A stretch of 64,000 bases of DNA from Bacteroidota bacterium (GCA_035506295.1 DATJPR010000146.1:10233-74232), one strand, 5' to 3'; shown: positions 9,265-19,567, counted from the stretch's first letter. Notes: generated by a model from the letters alone, not told the origin. Translations and numbers: made by a program.

Positions 9265-11925
9265 ATGTCGACGATCGACAACACCACGACAGGTCTGAAG
9301 TCTCGCCTGGATGCCGCCCGCACGGACGCCATCCGGCAGTTCCGCACCGATCGGGACGGCTCACGACTCTGCACGGTCATGACGCAGGCCATGGACCGCG
9401 CCCTGTGCGATGCACACGCCCTTCTTCCGGATGAGGAGAGGGAGCGGATTTCGATTCTCGCCCTCGGCGGCTACGGCCGGGGCGAGCTCTTCCCGCATTC
9501 CGACGTCGACGTCATGATTCTGGTCCCCGGTGCAGAAGAGACGTCCCCCGCAGGCACGACGGCAAAGGAGTTTCTCCACTCCCTTTGGAATGCCGGGTTC
9601 ACCGTCGGACACAGCGTGCGGACGATCGATGAAGCGCTCATGCAGTATGGCGTCGCCATCGATGCCTGGATCTCGATGCTGGAAGGCAGGCTGGTGTGCG
9701 GCAACGCCGGACTCGCCGACGCACTTCGCGACGCGTTCCGGAAGAAGATGCGCGCCTCCGACAAGCACTGGTTCATCGCTTCAACGCTCGAAGAAGCCGC
9801 CGCGAGGCACGCCCGCTACGGGAGCTCGGTGAAGTTGCTTGAGCCGAATGTCAAGAAAAGCGCGGGCGGACTTCGCGACCTTCACACCGTCTATTGGCTC
9901 TACCGCGGCTGCGAGGACAGGATTATCGACTTTCCTTCTCCGGGAAAGCCTTCGACGCTCGGGTTTCTCGACACGTTGCACGCGGAGCACGTGCTCGGCG
10001 ACGAGACGCATCACGCCACGAAGGCGGCCGTGGAATTCATGTTCCGCGTCCGCAGCGCGATGCACTCCGAGCGCGACGCGCCGAACGAAACGCTCGAATA
10101 CACCCTCCAGCGCACCGTCGCCGAATCGCTCGGCTACAGCGAGGAGGGCCCCCTCCGCTCCGTCGAAGTGTTCATGCGCGAGTATTACCGGCATGCACGC
10201 ACCATCCACAGTCTGTTCCACCAGCTCGGCGGCCGGTTTCACGATCAACTGCTTCCGCCCCGGCGGATCTGGAACCGCGGGAAAAAGGCCGGCAGCATTT
10301 TCCGCCTTCGGGAAGAGACGCTTGTCCTGGAGGATACCTCGTCGCAGGCCCTTACGGCAGACCAGGTGCTCGAGGCCTTCGACCTTGCCGCCGAGAATGA
10401 AGTGGAACTCGATATGTCGCTGCGGGGAGCGATCGAACATGCCGCTCCTCTTGTGACGCCGGCCACGGGTCCGACGGAAACCGCCAGCGCCGCGCTCCGA
10501 AAGATCTTCCTTTCCCCCCGTGTCGGATCGACGCTCCGTGCGATGAACGATGCGGGCGTCCTCGGCCGCTTGATCCCGGAATTCGGCGATCTCATCGCCT
10601 TCTTCCAGCACAACGTCTATCATTATTATACGGCCGACGAGCATACGCTGATCGCCCTGGCAAACGCCGAAGCGCTCCGCGAGAAGCAGGGTTTCCTGCA
10701 TGAAGTCTTCAGGACGCTGCGGCGCAGGGAATTGCTCTACCTCGCGATCCTTCTCCACGACATCGCCAAACCGCTGGGCGTTTCCGATCATGAAATCACC
10801 GGCGTTCCCATCGCGAAGGAGATCGTGCGACGCATCGGTTTCCCGGAGCTCGCCGACGACGTCGGGTTTCTTGTGAGGCATCATCTGTTCATGGAGCAGA
10901 TCGCGTTCAGACGGAACATCAACGATCCGGCCACGATCAGGGAGTTCGCGGGGAAATTCGAGAATCCCTCCCTCCTCGAATATCTCTATCTGCTGACATT
11001 TGCGGACCTCTCAGCCGTCAATCCGGGGGTCTGGACGGAGTGGAAGGCCTTGATGCTGCAGGAGCTCTACCAGCGTACGTCGGAAGTCCTCCTGCAGAAT
11101 CTCAAAGGCGAAGAGGTGGATCGCCTGCATTCCGTCCGGAAGGAGGAGAAGAAGCAGGACATCGTGCGCCGGCTCGCTTCCGAATTCCCGGAGGAGACCA
11201 TCAAGAAGCATCTTGACGGGATCCCCAACGCGGCATACACGTCAGTGTTTGCCGCATCGGACATCGGCAAGCACATTCGCCTCGGCACGATGAGAGAAGG
11301 TGCCGATCTCCTGTTCGAGGCCGGCGAGGGGTGGACCGAAGTGACGATCATTGCGCCGGACGCTCCCGGGGCGCTTTCGAAATTCTGCGCGGTCCTTGCG
11401 GCAAACGATGCATCCATTTTCACGGCGGACGTGTTCACGCGCGACGACGGGACGATCTTTGACCGGTTCCGCGTCCACGATATTTCTTCTGGAGGAGTGC
11501 TCTCCGAGAAAGGCTGCACGAAGATCAAGGAGGACGTACGAAAAGTCCTCACCGGCGCCATCGACATCGATCAGCTCTTTCTGGAGCATCACCGGAAATG
11601 GAAACGTCGTCCCAAGAAGCCGACCAACCCGAATACCCGGACCGATGTCCAGTTTGAGGACACGCCTTCCTTCACGATCATCGATGTCTACGCGGCCGAC
11701 CGTGTGGGGTTCCTCTATCGCGTGACCGAGACGATTTCACGCGCCGGTCTCGACATCTCCTTCGCGAAGATCGCAACACGCGTGGATGGCATCATCGACG
11801 CCTTCTATGTCCGCGAGCGCAGCACCGGTCGGCCGATCACCGACCCGTTGCGCAAAAGAGAAGTCGCCCGCTCGATCATGGCGACACTGCAGAGCATGGC
11901 CCTCAGGGAGCTCACCGGCGAGTAA
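9265..11925 (+). CDS. glnD: [Protein-PII] uridylyltransferase / uridylyl-removing enzyme GlnD
   Basis: 886-aa ORF with a nucleotidyltransferase motif (GGYGRGELFPHSDVDVMIL), an HD domain (LLHDIAKP) and two C-terminal ACT-like repeats. Confidence 0.9.
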   Translation: MSTIDNTTTGLKSRLDAARTDAIRQFRTDRDGSRLCTVMTQAMDRALCDAHALLPDEERERISILALGGYGRGELFPHSDVDVMILVPGAEETSPAGTTAKEFLHSLWNAGFTVGHSVRTIDEALMQYGVAIDAWISMLEGRLVCGNAGLADALRDAFRKKMRASDKHWFIASTLEEAAARHARYGSSVKLLEPNVKKSAGGLRDLHTVYWLYRGCEDRIIDFPSPGKPSTLGFLDTLHAEHVLGDETHHATKAAVEFMFRVRSAMHSERDAPNETLEYTLQRTVAESLGYSEEGPLRSVEVFMREYYRHARTIHSLFHQLGGRFHDQLLPPRRIWNRGKKAGSIFRLREETLVLEDTSSQALTADQVLEAFDLAAENEVELDMSLRGAIEHAAPLVTPATGPTETASAALRKIFLSPRVGSTLRAMNDAGVLGRLIPEFGDLIAFFQHNVYHYYTADEHTLIALANAEALREKQGFLHEVFRTLRRRELLYLAILLHDIAKPLGVSDHEITGVPIAKEIVRRIGFPELADDVGFLVRHHLFMEQIAFRRNINDPATIREFAGKFENPSLLEYLYLLTFADLSAVNPGVWTEWKALMLQELYQRTSEVLLQNLKGEEVDRLHSVRKEEKKQDIVRRLASEFPEETIKKHLDGIPNAAYTSVFAASDIGKHIRLGTMREGADLLFEAGEGWTEVTIIAPDAPGALSKFCAVLAANDASIFTADVFTRDDGTIFDRFRVHDISSGGVLSEKGCTKIKEDVRKVLTGAIDIDQLFLEHHRKWKRRPKKPTNPNTRTDVQFEDTPSFTIIDVYAADRVGFLYRVTETISRAGLDISFAKIATRVDGIIDAFYVRERSTGRPITDPLRKREVARSIMATLQSMALRELTGE

Positions 11926-11928
11926 ACT

Positions 11929-12762
11929 ATGGCCACCGCACGCCAAACCGGATCCACCGATCCCCGCCTCCGACCCATCGGCGTCTTTGACAGCGGCATT
12001 GGAGGGCTGACGGTGGTCAGAGCGCTGACCGAGAAACTCCCTCATGAGAACATCGTGTACTTCGGCGACACGGCGCGTGTCCCGTATGGACCGAAATCTC
12101 CCGAGGTCGTCCGCGAATACGCCGCGGACGACATCAAGGTCCTCCTCCATCATGATGTGAAGATGATCGTCGTCGCGTGCAACACCGTTTCCGCCGTGGC
12201 GCTCGACGTGGTTCAACGGCTCGCGCGTGTTCCGGTGATCGGCGTCATCGTGCCAGGCGCCGAGGCCGCGGCCCGTGTCACGAAGAAAAAGAGGATCGGC
12301 GTGATCGGCACCTACGCCACCATCAACAGCAATTCCTACACGAACGCCCTGCGCCAGGTGGACGACGATGTGGAGACGTTCCCTCAGCCCTGCCCCCTGT
12401 TTGTTCCTCTGGCCGAAGAAGGGTGGATCGATCACCCGGTAACACATCTTGTTGCCAGGGAATACATTTTCCCGCTGACGCTCCAGAAGATCGACACGCT
12501 TATCCTCGGGTGCACACACTACCCCGTCCTGCGGAAAGCCATCGCTGATGTCGTCGGACCGTCTGTCACGCTGGTCGACTCCGGGGCCGCCACGGCGGGG
12601 GAAGTTGTACGCGTTCTGGCCGACAAGGATCTGCTCAACTCCAGCAAACAGCAACCGAATCTTCAGTTTTTCGTAAGCGACATCCCCGCCAAATTCACAG
12701 AAGTCGGCGAACGATTCCTCGGTCATACCCTCGGCCGGGTACGGAAAGTCGCCTTCGACTAG
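11929..12762 (+). CDS. murI: Glutamate racemase
   Basis: Contains IGVFDSGIGGLTVVRAL, VVACNTVSA and LGCTHYP motifs. Confidence 0.9.
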   Translation: MATARQTGSTDPRLRPIGVFDSGIGGLTVVRALTEKLPHENIVYFGDTARVPYGPKSPEVVREYAADDIKVLLHHDVKMIVVACNTVSAVALDVVQRLARVPVIGVIVPGAEAAARVTKKKRIGVIGTYATINSNSYTNALRQVDDDVETFPQPCPLFVPLAEEGWIDHPVTHLVAREYIFPLTLQKIDTLILGCTHYPVLRKAIADVVGPSVTLVDSGAATAGEVVRVLADKDLLNSSKQQPNLQFFVSDIPAKFTEVGERFLGHTLGRVRKVAFD

Positions 12763-12854
12763 CCGCTGAATTTTCTTTCCACCCTTCGGAAAACCTCAGC
12801 CCCCGCAGTATTAATATATAGAGCACCTCTCCCCCACACTCATTAGGGGATTCC

Positions 12855-13754
12855 ATGAGCATCGCAATCAGCGCGACCGGCGTGTGCAAGACATACTCGG
12901 CTGGCCTCTCTCGGCGGTCATCGGTCACCGCATTGAGCAATGTTTCGTTTTGCCTGCATTCAGGAGAGATCATCGCCGTAGTCGGCCCATCAGGAGCGGG
13001 CAAGACGACTCTTCTGCGAACCATCATGGGCGAGATCGCTGTGACGAGGGGGCTGATCCTGCGATTCGGAGAGACCTCAGTCCCGAAAGGGTGGCATCGA
13101 ATGGCCGGCTATGCTCCTGAAGGTGGCATCCTCACTGCGCGGATCACCGGTCGGGATCTGTTGCGATCGAGCGGTCGGGCGCACGGGATGAATGGAAAGC
13201 CGCTTGAGGATGCCGTAGTCCGAATTCTCGATGCGTTCGGTCTTGCTCCCTTCGCAGACACGCCGGGCTGGAGGTATTCATACGGAATCGAGGCACGTCT
13301 CTCCCTTGCACGCGCGTTTATCCATCAGCCCAAACTTGTTGTGTTGGACAACCCTGCGCGGGGACTTGACGATTCAGGAAGAAGCCGGCTCAAGCGGATG
13401 CTGGAGAAAAGCAGAACGAGTGGGGCGGCGATCATTCTTGCTTCCTGCGAACTCTCCGACCTGGAAGCGATCGCAGACAGGATTCTTGTCCTCCAGCACG
13501 GAATTGTTACCGCTCAAGGAAGACCACGAGAACTCTATCCGGCGGACACCGCGTTCACGGTCCAGGTAACGCGCGATCCGCTGCTTTCTCCAGGATGGAA
13601 GTTCGTGCGCAACGGTGAGGGGTGGTATTCCATGGTCAGCGGCCGATCACAGCTGGATTTGCTTCTTCATGCGCTAACCTGTCGGGGCATTACCCCGGAA
13701 GCGATCGCTCCTGTGCGATGCGCGGGACAGGGACTCTTCGCCGCGCAGTTGTAG
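12855..13754 (+). CDS. ABC-type ATPase-like protein with degenerate catalytic motifs (orphan, no adjacent permease)
   Basis: Walker A is intact (GPSGAGKTT). The signature reads YSYGI instead of LSGGQ. Walker B reads LVVLDNP, so Asn replaces the catalytic Glu. The H-loop position reads ASCEL, so Cys replaces His. The Q-loop region reads YAPEGG. Confidence 0.8.
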   Translation: MSIAISATGVCKTYSAGLSRRSSVTALSNVSFCLHSGEIIAVVGPSGAGKTTLLRTIMGEIAVTRGLILRFGETSVPKGWHRMAGYAPEGGILTARITGRDLLRSSGRAHGMNGKPLEDAVVRILDAFGLAPFADTPGWRYSYGIEARLSLARAFIHQPKLVVLDNPARGLDDSGRSRLKRMLEKSRTSGAAIILASCELSDLEAIADRILVLQHGIVTAQGRPRELYPADTAFTVQVTRDPLLSPGWKFVRNGEGWYSMVSGRSQLDLLLHALTCRGITPEAIAPVRCAGQGLFAAQL

Positions 13755-13766
13755 CGTTCCACCTTT

Positions 13767-15476
13767 CTACATTGGCATCGCCAGCACCACAACGCACCTG
13801 GCCTCATAGAGATTTCCGCCGTCCGCTTCCACCGCCTGCAGAAGAACGATATACATGCCCACCGGCGCTCGTATGCCGTCATCTCTTTTCCCATCCCAAA
13901 CAAGGACACCCTGTAGGGTCCCGGGGTCGTGATCGGCGAGCCGCCGGATCCGTCGACCCCGAACGTCATACACGTATGCCGAGATCGTGGCGACCCTAAG
14001 CGGAATGGCATAGCGTATCAGCGCGACATCGTTCACACCATCGCCATTTGGCGAGAATGGATTGGGCGAGCAATTAAGGCCGAGGGTGTGCACTGAGGTC
14101 GACGCATAGACGCTGTTCTGTTTGCCGGGCGTTCCTCCCATAAGAGAAGTACTTGAAGTCCAACTCCGGGGATCGCTGGATGGCAATGACGGACCGATCC
14201 GTTCGAGTGAACGGCCCGTCGCGCTGACAAGCGAAGGATTGTGCCAGCTCGATCGGTACGCAACGCTGTCGATGGTAGCACCTGTGTGATCCTTGATGAC
14301 GATCATGTCCTCGTCATTGTTGAGGGAAGGAAAACCCGGCACCTGGATCACAGGGCACGGTAATCGTCCGTACTTCGCGACGATCCCTGTTGAATCGTTG
14401 GTGAGAACGGCAAAGGATGATGGAGGCACGATGCATGCGACCTTCGCAATCGCGTGTTTTGCGGTGGTGTCGGCGTCGTTGACCGTCCATCGGCAAAGCA
14501 TGATTGTGTCGGAACAGACGTTCAAGAGTTCCACCCATTCCGGCTCATGGGGGGCCGGGGCGAACATGATCTCGTTGACGACCAAAGCACCTCGATCATA
14601 GGAAATGGGCATTGACAGCTCTGCCGAATCGTTGCCGGGATTCTCGTCACCAGGGCATGACACTGAAGCGATAAGAGCTCCGCCTGGCGCGTGTGGCTGG
14701 ATGGAGAAATCGATCCACGTCGAATCGCCCGGTTCGAGAGTGTATGACAACGATCTTGTCCCGAGAGTGCGAACCGGCCGGAACACGGAGTCGGCGTCCG
14801 ACCGAAGAAATAGGGACACATCAAAGGAAGACACCGCCGTCGTTCCCTCGTTTCGGATTCTCGCCCTAACGGCCGTTTGCAGAGTATCGGAGCCCGGCGA
14901 TTCGATGACGGGACCGCACGCAAGATCAAAGGCACACTCTCCCCTCACTTCAATATCGTCAATGCGGAATGTGCCGGTGGAGCCTGATGCCGTCGGCACG
15001 ACTCTCCAGCGAATCCGTATCGGCGAGCCGGAACGGAGAGCAGGAGGAATTTCGACGTCGCACAGTTCGTACGAAGTGCTGCCGGAGAAACGGAGAGTGT
15101 CGCTGATCGTCGTGAATGAAGCGCCCGTGAAGTCGAGGGCGAAATCAACCACGATGCCCGCTCCAAAGGTACTCGATCTCCTTGTCCAGAAGGCAATGTG
15201 CGCCGGGAGATCGTTGCCGCCGCCCATCACGGGAGAGAGAATCCACTGCGCCACAGTCGCGTTCGTGCACTGCAGTGCATTCGGGCTCGAACGAGAAGAA
15301 GAGTTTGTGGTGAAGAAATCCGATTGTCCGGCGATCCGTGATTGCGATGAGCTCCACCCCGGGGGAAGCGCCGGCGGCGAGACGCTGTCGAAAGTTTGCC
15401 GGAAGATGAGAACATCAGCATTGGATTCCCCGTGGATCGCGAGGACAAGAACTCCGATCAGAATGATTGGTCGCAT
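13767..15476 (-). CDS. Secreted lamin-tail-domain protein with FlgD-Ig/T9SS-like C-terminal domain
   Basis: The start is placed at ATG 15476 (MRPIILIGVLVLAIHGESNA, a signal peptide); the ORF extends to 15515. Lamin-tail-domain motif: ALVVNEIMFAPAPHEPEWVELLN. C-terminal motif: NPFSPNGDGVNDV...WDGKRDDG...GMYIVLL. Confidence 0.75.
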   Translation of the reverse strand: MRPIILIGVLVLAIHGESNADVLIFRQTFDSVSPPALPPGWSSSQSRIAGQSDFFTTNSSSRSSPNALQCTNATVAQWILSPVMGGGNDLPAHIAFWTRRSSTFGAGIVVDFALDFTGASFTTISDTLRFSGSTSYELCDVEIPPALRSGSPIRIRWRVVPTASGSTGTFRIDDIEVRGECAFDLACGPVIESPGSDTLQTAVRARIRNEGTTAVSSFDVSLFLRSDADSVFRPVRTLGTRSLSYTLEPGDSTWIDFSIQPHAPGGALIASVSCPGDENPGNDSAELSMPISYDRGALVVNEIMFAPAPHEPEWVELLNVCSDTIMLCRWTVNDADTTAKHAIAKVACIVPPSSFAVLTNDSTGIVAKYGRLPCPVIQVPGFPSLNNDEDMIVIKDHTGATIDSVAYRSSWHNPSLVSATGRSLERIGPSLPSSDPRSWTSSTSLMGGTPGKQNSVYASTSVHTLGLNCSPNPFSPNGDGVNDVALIRYAIPLRVATISAYVYDVRGRRIRRLADHDPGTLQGVLVWDGKRDDGIRAPVGMYIVLLQAVEADGGNLYEARCVVVLAMPM

Positions 15477-15553
15477 GATCTCTCCATGATGAACCAGGCC
15501 CCATAGGACTCCCATACTTATTACTCCGGCAATGCCATTTTTCCGAACAATCG

Positions 15554-15582
15554 TTGATTTTCTCGAAAGGAATTCCTAAAAT
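15554..15582 (+). promoter_or_regulatory. Sigma-70-type promoter for the receiver-domain gene
   Basis: TTGATT (15554-15559), a 17-nt spacer, then TAAAAT (15577-15582). AGGAG follows at 15588-15592 and the ATG is at 15604. Confidence 0.45.
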
Positions 15583-15603
15583 CGATCAGGAGATACCCAA
15601 AAC

Positions 15604-15972
15604 ATGGCAAATAAGCGGATTCTCTGTGTCGATGATGATGCCGATCTGAGGCACATCGTCAGAGAAGCACTTCAGCATGAGGGATACGAGGTCACGGAGG
15701 CACAAAACGGGGAGGAAGCAATTGATCGGCTGGGCAGCACGGTGTACGATCTTGTGCTTCTGGACGTCGTCATGCCCGGACCGTCGGGGATGGACGTATT
15801 GCGGTTCTTGAGTTCGAAGGGAAACAAAACGCCGATTGCCATGATCACGGGAAAAGCCGGCTTCACGCTGGCAACGGAGAGTTACATGCTGGGGGCAGTG
15901 GAGTATATCACGAAGCCGTTCAGCACCGATTTCCTGATTGATGCGGTCAAAAGGCTCACCAAAAAGGGGTGA
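15604..15972 (+). CDS. Stand-alone response-regulator receiver protein (CheY-like)
   Basis: 122 aa with DDD, the phospho-acceptor context LVLLDVVMPG, and ITKPF. It has no output domain and no kinase gene is adjacent. Confidence 0.85.
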   Translation: MANKRILCVDDDADLRHIVREALQHEGYEVTEAQNGEEAIDRLGSTVYDLVLLDVVMPGPSGMDVLRFLSSKGNKTPIAMITGKAGFTLATESYMLGAVEYITKPFSTDFLIDAVKRLTKKG

Positions 15973-15981
15973 GCGCTGGAA

Positions 15982-16003
15982 GGGCCAGGCCCGGGCCTGG
16001 CCC
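15982..16003. terminator. Perfect 22-nt GC-rich palindrome, possible terminator hairpin for the receiver gene
   Basis: GGGCCAGGCCCGGGCCTGGCCC starts 10 nt after the stop at 15972 in a convergent intergenic region. No U-tract follows on the plus strand, so its function is uncertain. Confidence 0.35.
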
Positions 16004-16015
16004 CGCCCTGTCCCC

Positions 16016-16052
16016 AGAAACACAAACGGCGCCCGATCTCTCGGCCGCCGTT
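16016..16052 (-). terminator. Intrinsic terminator after ahcY
   Basis: The minus strand reads AACGGCGGCCGA-GAGA-TCGGGCGCCGTT. This is a 12-bp stem with one mismatch and a GAGA tetraloop, followed by TGTGTTTCT. It starts 30 nt after the ahcY stop. Confidence 0.55.
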
Positions 16053-16082
16053 CATGGGAATCGTTGATATGCCGATCGCGCG

Positions 16083-17363
16083 TTACGTCCCCGCGCTGTA
16101 ATCGTTCATGTACTGTTCCTGGTCCTTCGTCAGCTTGTCGATCTTGATCCCCTGCGTCGACAGCTTCACCATCGCGATCTCCTGGTCCTGCTCGGTCGGT
16201 ATATCGTGCACCGTCTTCTCGAGCGCCTTCCCCTTCTTGTGAAGCTCGACGATGCGGAGCTGCGACATGAACTGATTCGCGAACGACATGTCCATGACTT
16301 CCGAAGGATGCCCTTCGGCCGCTGCAAGATTCACGAGTCGTCCCTGCGCAAGAAGATAGATCCTGCGTCCGTTCTTCAACACGACCTCTTCGTTGTTCGG
16401 CCTGATCTCGCGCTTGGTCTTCGTCAGCTTTGCGAGGTCGACAAGGTTCACTTCGCAATCGTAGTGGCCGGTGTTGCAGACAATCGCGCCGTCCTTCATC
16501 GAGGCAAAATGCGACTTCGTGATGATGTCCTTGACGCCGGTCGCGGTGATAAACACGTCGCCGATCTTCGCGGCGTCGTCCATCTTCATTACGCGGAAAC
16601 CTTCGAGCGTCGCTTTCAACGCAGCGGTCGGCTTGACCTCCGTGATGATCACGTTCGCGCCGAGCCCCTTCGCTCGAAGCGCGACGCCTTTCCCGCAATG
16701 TCCGAATCCCGCAACCACAATGTTTTTCCCTGCGAGGAGGACACTCGTCGCACGCAGAATACCGTCAAGCGTTGATTGCCCTGTCCCGTAGACGTTGTCA
16801 AAATCCCACTTCGTCTCGGCATCGTTGACGGCGATGACGGGATACTTCAGCTCTCCGTCGGCCGCCATGGCGCGAAGGCGATGCACGCCGGTCGTCGTTT
16901 CCTCGGTGCCGCCGATGACGTACTTCCGGGCGAGGTCCTGATACTTCTTGTGGATCGTGAAGATCAGGTCTGCGCCGTCATCGAGCGTGAGGTTGGGATT
17001 CATGGCGATGGTCTGGTCGATGCACCAGTAGAACTCTTCGACGCTGAGGCCGTGCCACGCGAAAATCGAAACACCTTCCTTCGCGAGCGCCGCCGCCACC
17101 GCATCGTTCGTGGAGAGCGGATTGCATCCGCTCCAGCTCACCTGAGCGCCGGCCGCGACGAATGTCCGCACAAGCACGGCGGTCTCTTTGGTCACATGGA
17201 GACACCCGGCAATCCGGTATCCCTTGAAGGGCTTGGTCTTCGCATACTTTTCCCGCAGTGCCATCAACACCGGCATCCGCGATTCCGCCCATTCGATGAG
17301 CTTCCCGCCGTCCTCGGCAAGTCCGAGGTCGGCGACTTTGTAGCTTCCGCGTTTCGAATCCAT
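16083..17363 (-). CDS. ahcY: Adenosylhomocysteinase
   Basis: Strong full-length match to the SAH hydrolase pattern (YKVADLGLAEDG, HLTKETAVL-like region, NAD fold GFGHCGKG). The start is placed at ATG 17363 (MDSKRGSYKVADL); the ORF extends to a GTG at 17396. Confidence 0.95.
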   Translation of the reverse strand: MDSKRGSYKVADLGLAEDGGKLIEWAESRMPVLMALREKYAKTKPFKGYRIAGCLHVTKETAVLVRTFVAAGAQVSWSGCNPLSTNDAVAAALAKEGVSIFAWHGLSVEEFYWCIDQTIAMNPNLTLDDGADLIFTIHKKYQDLARKYVIGGTEETTTGVHRLRAMAADGELKYPVIAVNDAETKWDFDNVYGTGQSTLDGILRATSVLLAGKNIVVAGFGHCGKGVALRAKGLGANVIITEVKPTAALKATLEGFRVMKMDDAAKIGDVFITATGVKDIITKSHFASMKDGAIVCNTGHYDCEVNLVDLAKLTKTKREIRPNNEEVVLKNGRRIYLLAQGRLVNLAAAEGHPSEVMDMSFANQFMSQLRIVELHKKGKALEKTVHDIPTEQDQEIAMVKLSTQGIKIDKLTKDQEQYMNDYSAGT

Positions 17364-17399
17364 AGGTTCCTGAAAGTGAGTGAGCGAATTCGGCACCGA

Positions 17400-18542
17400 C
17401 TACCGCACTCCGCGCAGGAGAGTGTCGACCAGGTCGAGTTTCTCCCACGTGAATTCCTTTTCCTTCCTTCCGAAGTGACCGTATGCGGCCGTCTTGCGGT
17501 AGATCGGACGGAGAAGATCGAGCCGTTTGATGATCCCGCGGGGAGTCATGTCCACATCCTTCATGATGATCTTTTCGATCTCCATGTCGGGGATTCGTCC
17601 CGTTCCGAGGGTGTTGACGTTGATCGAAATCGGTTCGGCGACGCCGATCGCGTAGGACACCTGGATCAGGCACTCTTCCGCCAAACCGGACGCGACGACG
17701 TTCTTCGCGAGATGGCGCGAGGCGTACGCGGCGCTGCGGTCGACCTTCGACGGGTCCTTGCCGGAGAACGCTCCACCGCCGTGCGGGGCCCTGCCGCCGT
17801 ACGTATCGACAATAATTTTCCGTCCGGTCAGGCCGGTATCGCCGTGCGGACCGCCGATTTCAAATCTACCCGTGGGATTGACGTAGATGATGGTCTTCTT
17901 GTCAACATATTCCTTCGGGATGGCTTCTCCTATGACGTGGCGCACAACGTCCGCGTAGATCTTCTTCTGGGAGACGTCGTGATCGTGCTGCGTCGAGACC
18001 ACCACCGTATGCACGCGGCTCGCCCGCCGCTGGTTGTATTCGATCGTGACCTGCGACTTCGCGTCCGGGCGAAGGTACGGCATCAGTTTCGGCTCTTTCT
18101 TCCGGATGTCGGAGAGTCGCTTCACGAGCCGGTGCGCAAACACGATCGGCATCGGCATGAATTCAGGCGTTTCGTTCGTCGCGTAGCCAAACATCATCCC
18201 CTGGTCGCCTGCGCCTCCGGTGTCCACGCCCATCGCGATGTCGCGCGACTGCGAGTGGATGGAGGAAATGACGGAGCAGGAATCCGCGTCGAAACGGTAC
18301 TCGGCCTTCGTGTAGCCGATGTCCCGGATCACCTGACGCACGATGTCCTGCACTTCGATGTACGCCGACGTGGTGATCTCCCCGCCGACGAGCGCGAGTC
18401 CCGTCGTCACGAACGATTCGCACGCGACCCGTCCGTGCTTGTCTTTCGCCAGGATGGCATCAAGGATTGCATCGGAGATTTGATCACACACTTTGTCGGG
18501 ATGGCCTTCAGACACTGATTCCGACGTGAAAAGATACGACAT
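17400..18542 (-). CDS. metK: S-adenosylmethionine synthetase
   Basis: [24 protein letters not shown] from the ATG at 18542, with [12 protein letters not shown] and [16 protein letters not shown] motifs. Confidence 0.95.
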   Translation of the reverse strand: MSYLFTSESVSEGHPDKVCDQISDAILDAILAKDKHGRVACESFVTTGLALVGGEITTSAYIEVQDIVRQVIRDIGYTKAEYRFDADSCSVISSIHSQSRDIAMGVDTGGAGDQGMMFGYATNETPEFMPMPIVFAHRLVKRLSDIRKKEPKLMPYLRPDAKSQVTIEYNQRRASRVHTVVVSTQHDHDVSQKKIYADVVRHVIGEAIPKEYVDKKTIIYVNPTGRFEIGGPHGDTGLTGRKIIVDTYGGRAPHGGGAFSGKDPSKVDRSAAYASRHLAKNVVASGLAEECLIQVSYAIGVAEPISINVNTLGTGRIPDMEIEKIIMKDVDMTPRGIIKRLDLLRPIYRKTAAYGHFGRKEKEFTWEKLDLVDTLLRGVR

Positions 18543-18589
18543 GGGCGACCTCATTGATGTTCTATTCAGAAAGATGGGCTTGCGGCGGA

Positions 18590-19567
18590 TCAGTCCGTTT
18601 CGATCTCGGACGACCCCCCGACATTAAAACGCTTGAAGCTGCCGGTGACGACAGACTCGTTTCCGATGATGGAATTATCGAGCAGGACGCGGCTGACCCG
18701 CGCACCCTGACTGATGATGGAATTTCTGACCACCGCCTCGGAGATCTCCGCATGATCGCCGACCGACGCGAACGGCCCGATAACGCAGTTCGACAGGACG
18801 GCCGACGGGGCGATAAACACAGGCTGATTGATCACGACTCCCGGAAGCTCGTGCGCTGAGTGTGTCTGGGAAAGCAGCGCCCGATTGGTCGCCAGCAGCG
18901 TCTCCGGCTTCCCGCAGTCGTACCACCCTTCCACGGGGAACGTCTTTATCTTCTCCCCGCGCGTGATCATCAACTGCAGGGCGTCCGTCAGCTGGTATTC
19001 CCCCTTGGTCCGGATATCTTTGCTGACCAGCTCTTCGAGGCACTGTGTGAGCAGCGCGGGCCGGCGGATGAAGTATAGTCCAACAACCGCGAGGCGGCTG
19101 ACCGGTTGCTCCGGCTTCTCGATCAACTGCGTAATGTACCCGTTTTCGACCACGGCGACGCCGAACCGCCTCGGGTCGTTCACCACCTTCACGCCGAGCG
19201 ACGATACCGGCGCTGCAAGCACTTCCGCCAGGGACACATCGAAAATTGTGTCCCCAAGGATAATCAAAATGGGATCGTTCGAGAAGGTGTGGCGCGAAAG
19301 ATAGATCGCATGCCCCAATCCCATGCGGTCTTCCTGCTCGACAAAATCGAATTGGATCTCGGGGTACGTTCTTGTAAGATAATCAAAAATCTTGTCCCCC
19401 ATGTGACCCACGACAACAGTCGCTTCCAGGATCCCTTCGGCCTTGATTTTATCAATGATGTGGCCGAGGATCGGCTTTCCAGCCACCGCGAGGAGAACCT
19501 TGGGGAGAGCGAACGTGTGGGGACGAAGCCGAGAGCCGACACCAGCGACCGGAATTATTGCGCGCAT
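18590..19567 (-). CDS. Sugar-phosphate nucleotidyltransferase with C-terminal left-handed beta-helix region
   Basis: [26 protein letters not shown] is the G-x-G-x-R nucleotidyltransferase signature. The C-terminus has hexapeptide-like repeats. The substrate is not determinable from sequence alone. Confidence 0.8.
   Translation of the reverse strand: MRAIIPVAGVGSRLRPHTFALPKVLLAVAGKPILGHIIDKIKAEGILEATVVVGHMGDKIFDYLTRTYPEIQFDFVEQEDRMGLGHAIYLSRHTFSNDPILIILGDTIFDVSLAEVLAAPVSSLGVKVVNDPRRFGVAVVENGYITQLIEKPEQPVSRLAVVGLYFIRRPALLTQCLEELVSKDIRTKGEYQLTDALQLMITRGEKIKTFPVEGWYDCGKPETLLATNRALLSQTHSAHELPGVVINQPVFIAPSAVLSNCVIGPFASVGDHAEISEAVVRNSIISQGARVSRVLLDNSIIGNESVVTGSFKRFNVGGSSEIETD

Noticed and set aside
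16776-18518. Very long ORFs antisense to, or out of frame with, confident genes. Examples: 16776..18518 (+), 56087..57853 (+), 59877..61139 (+), 20741..22099 (-), 21990..23255 (-), 23304..24830 (-), 37431..39071 (-), 59968..61632 (-), 9781..10884 (-).
   Set aside because: They overlap genes with unmistakable conserved motifs (metK, argG, argJ/argC, ptsI, plsX, glnD). Their translations are Arg/Gly/Pro/Asp-rich low-complexity strings typical of shadow ORFs in GC-rich DNA. None shows a recognisable motif.
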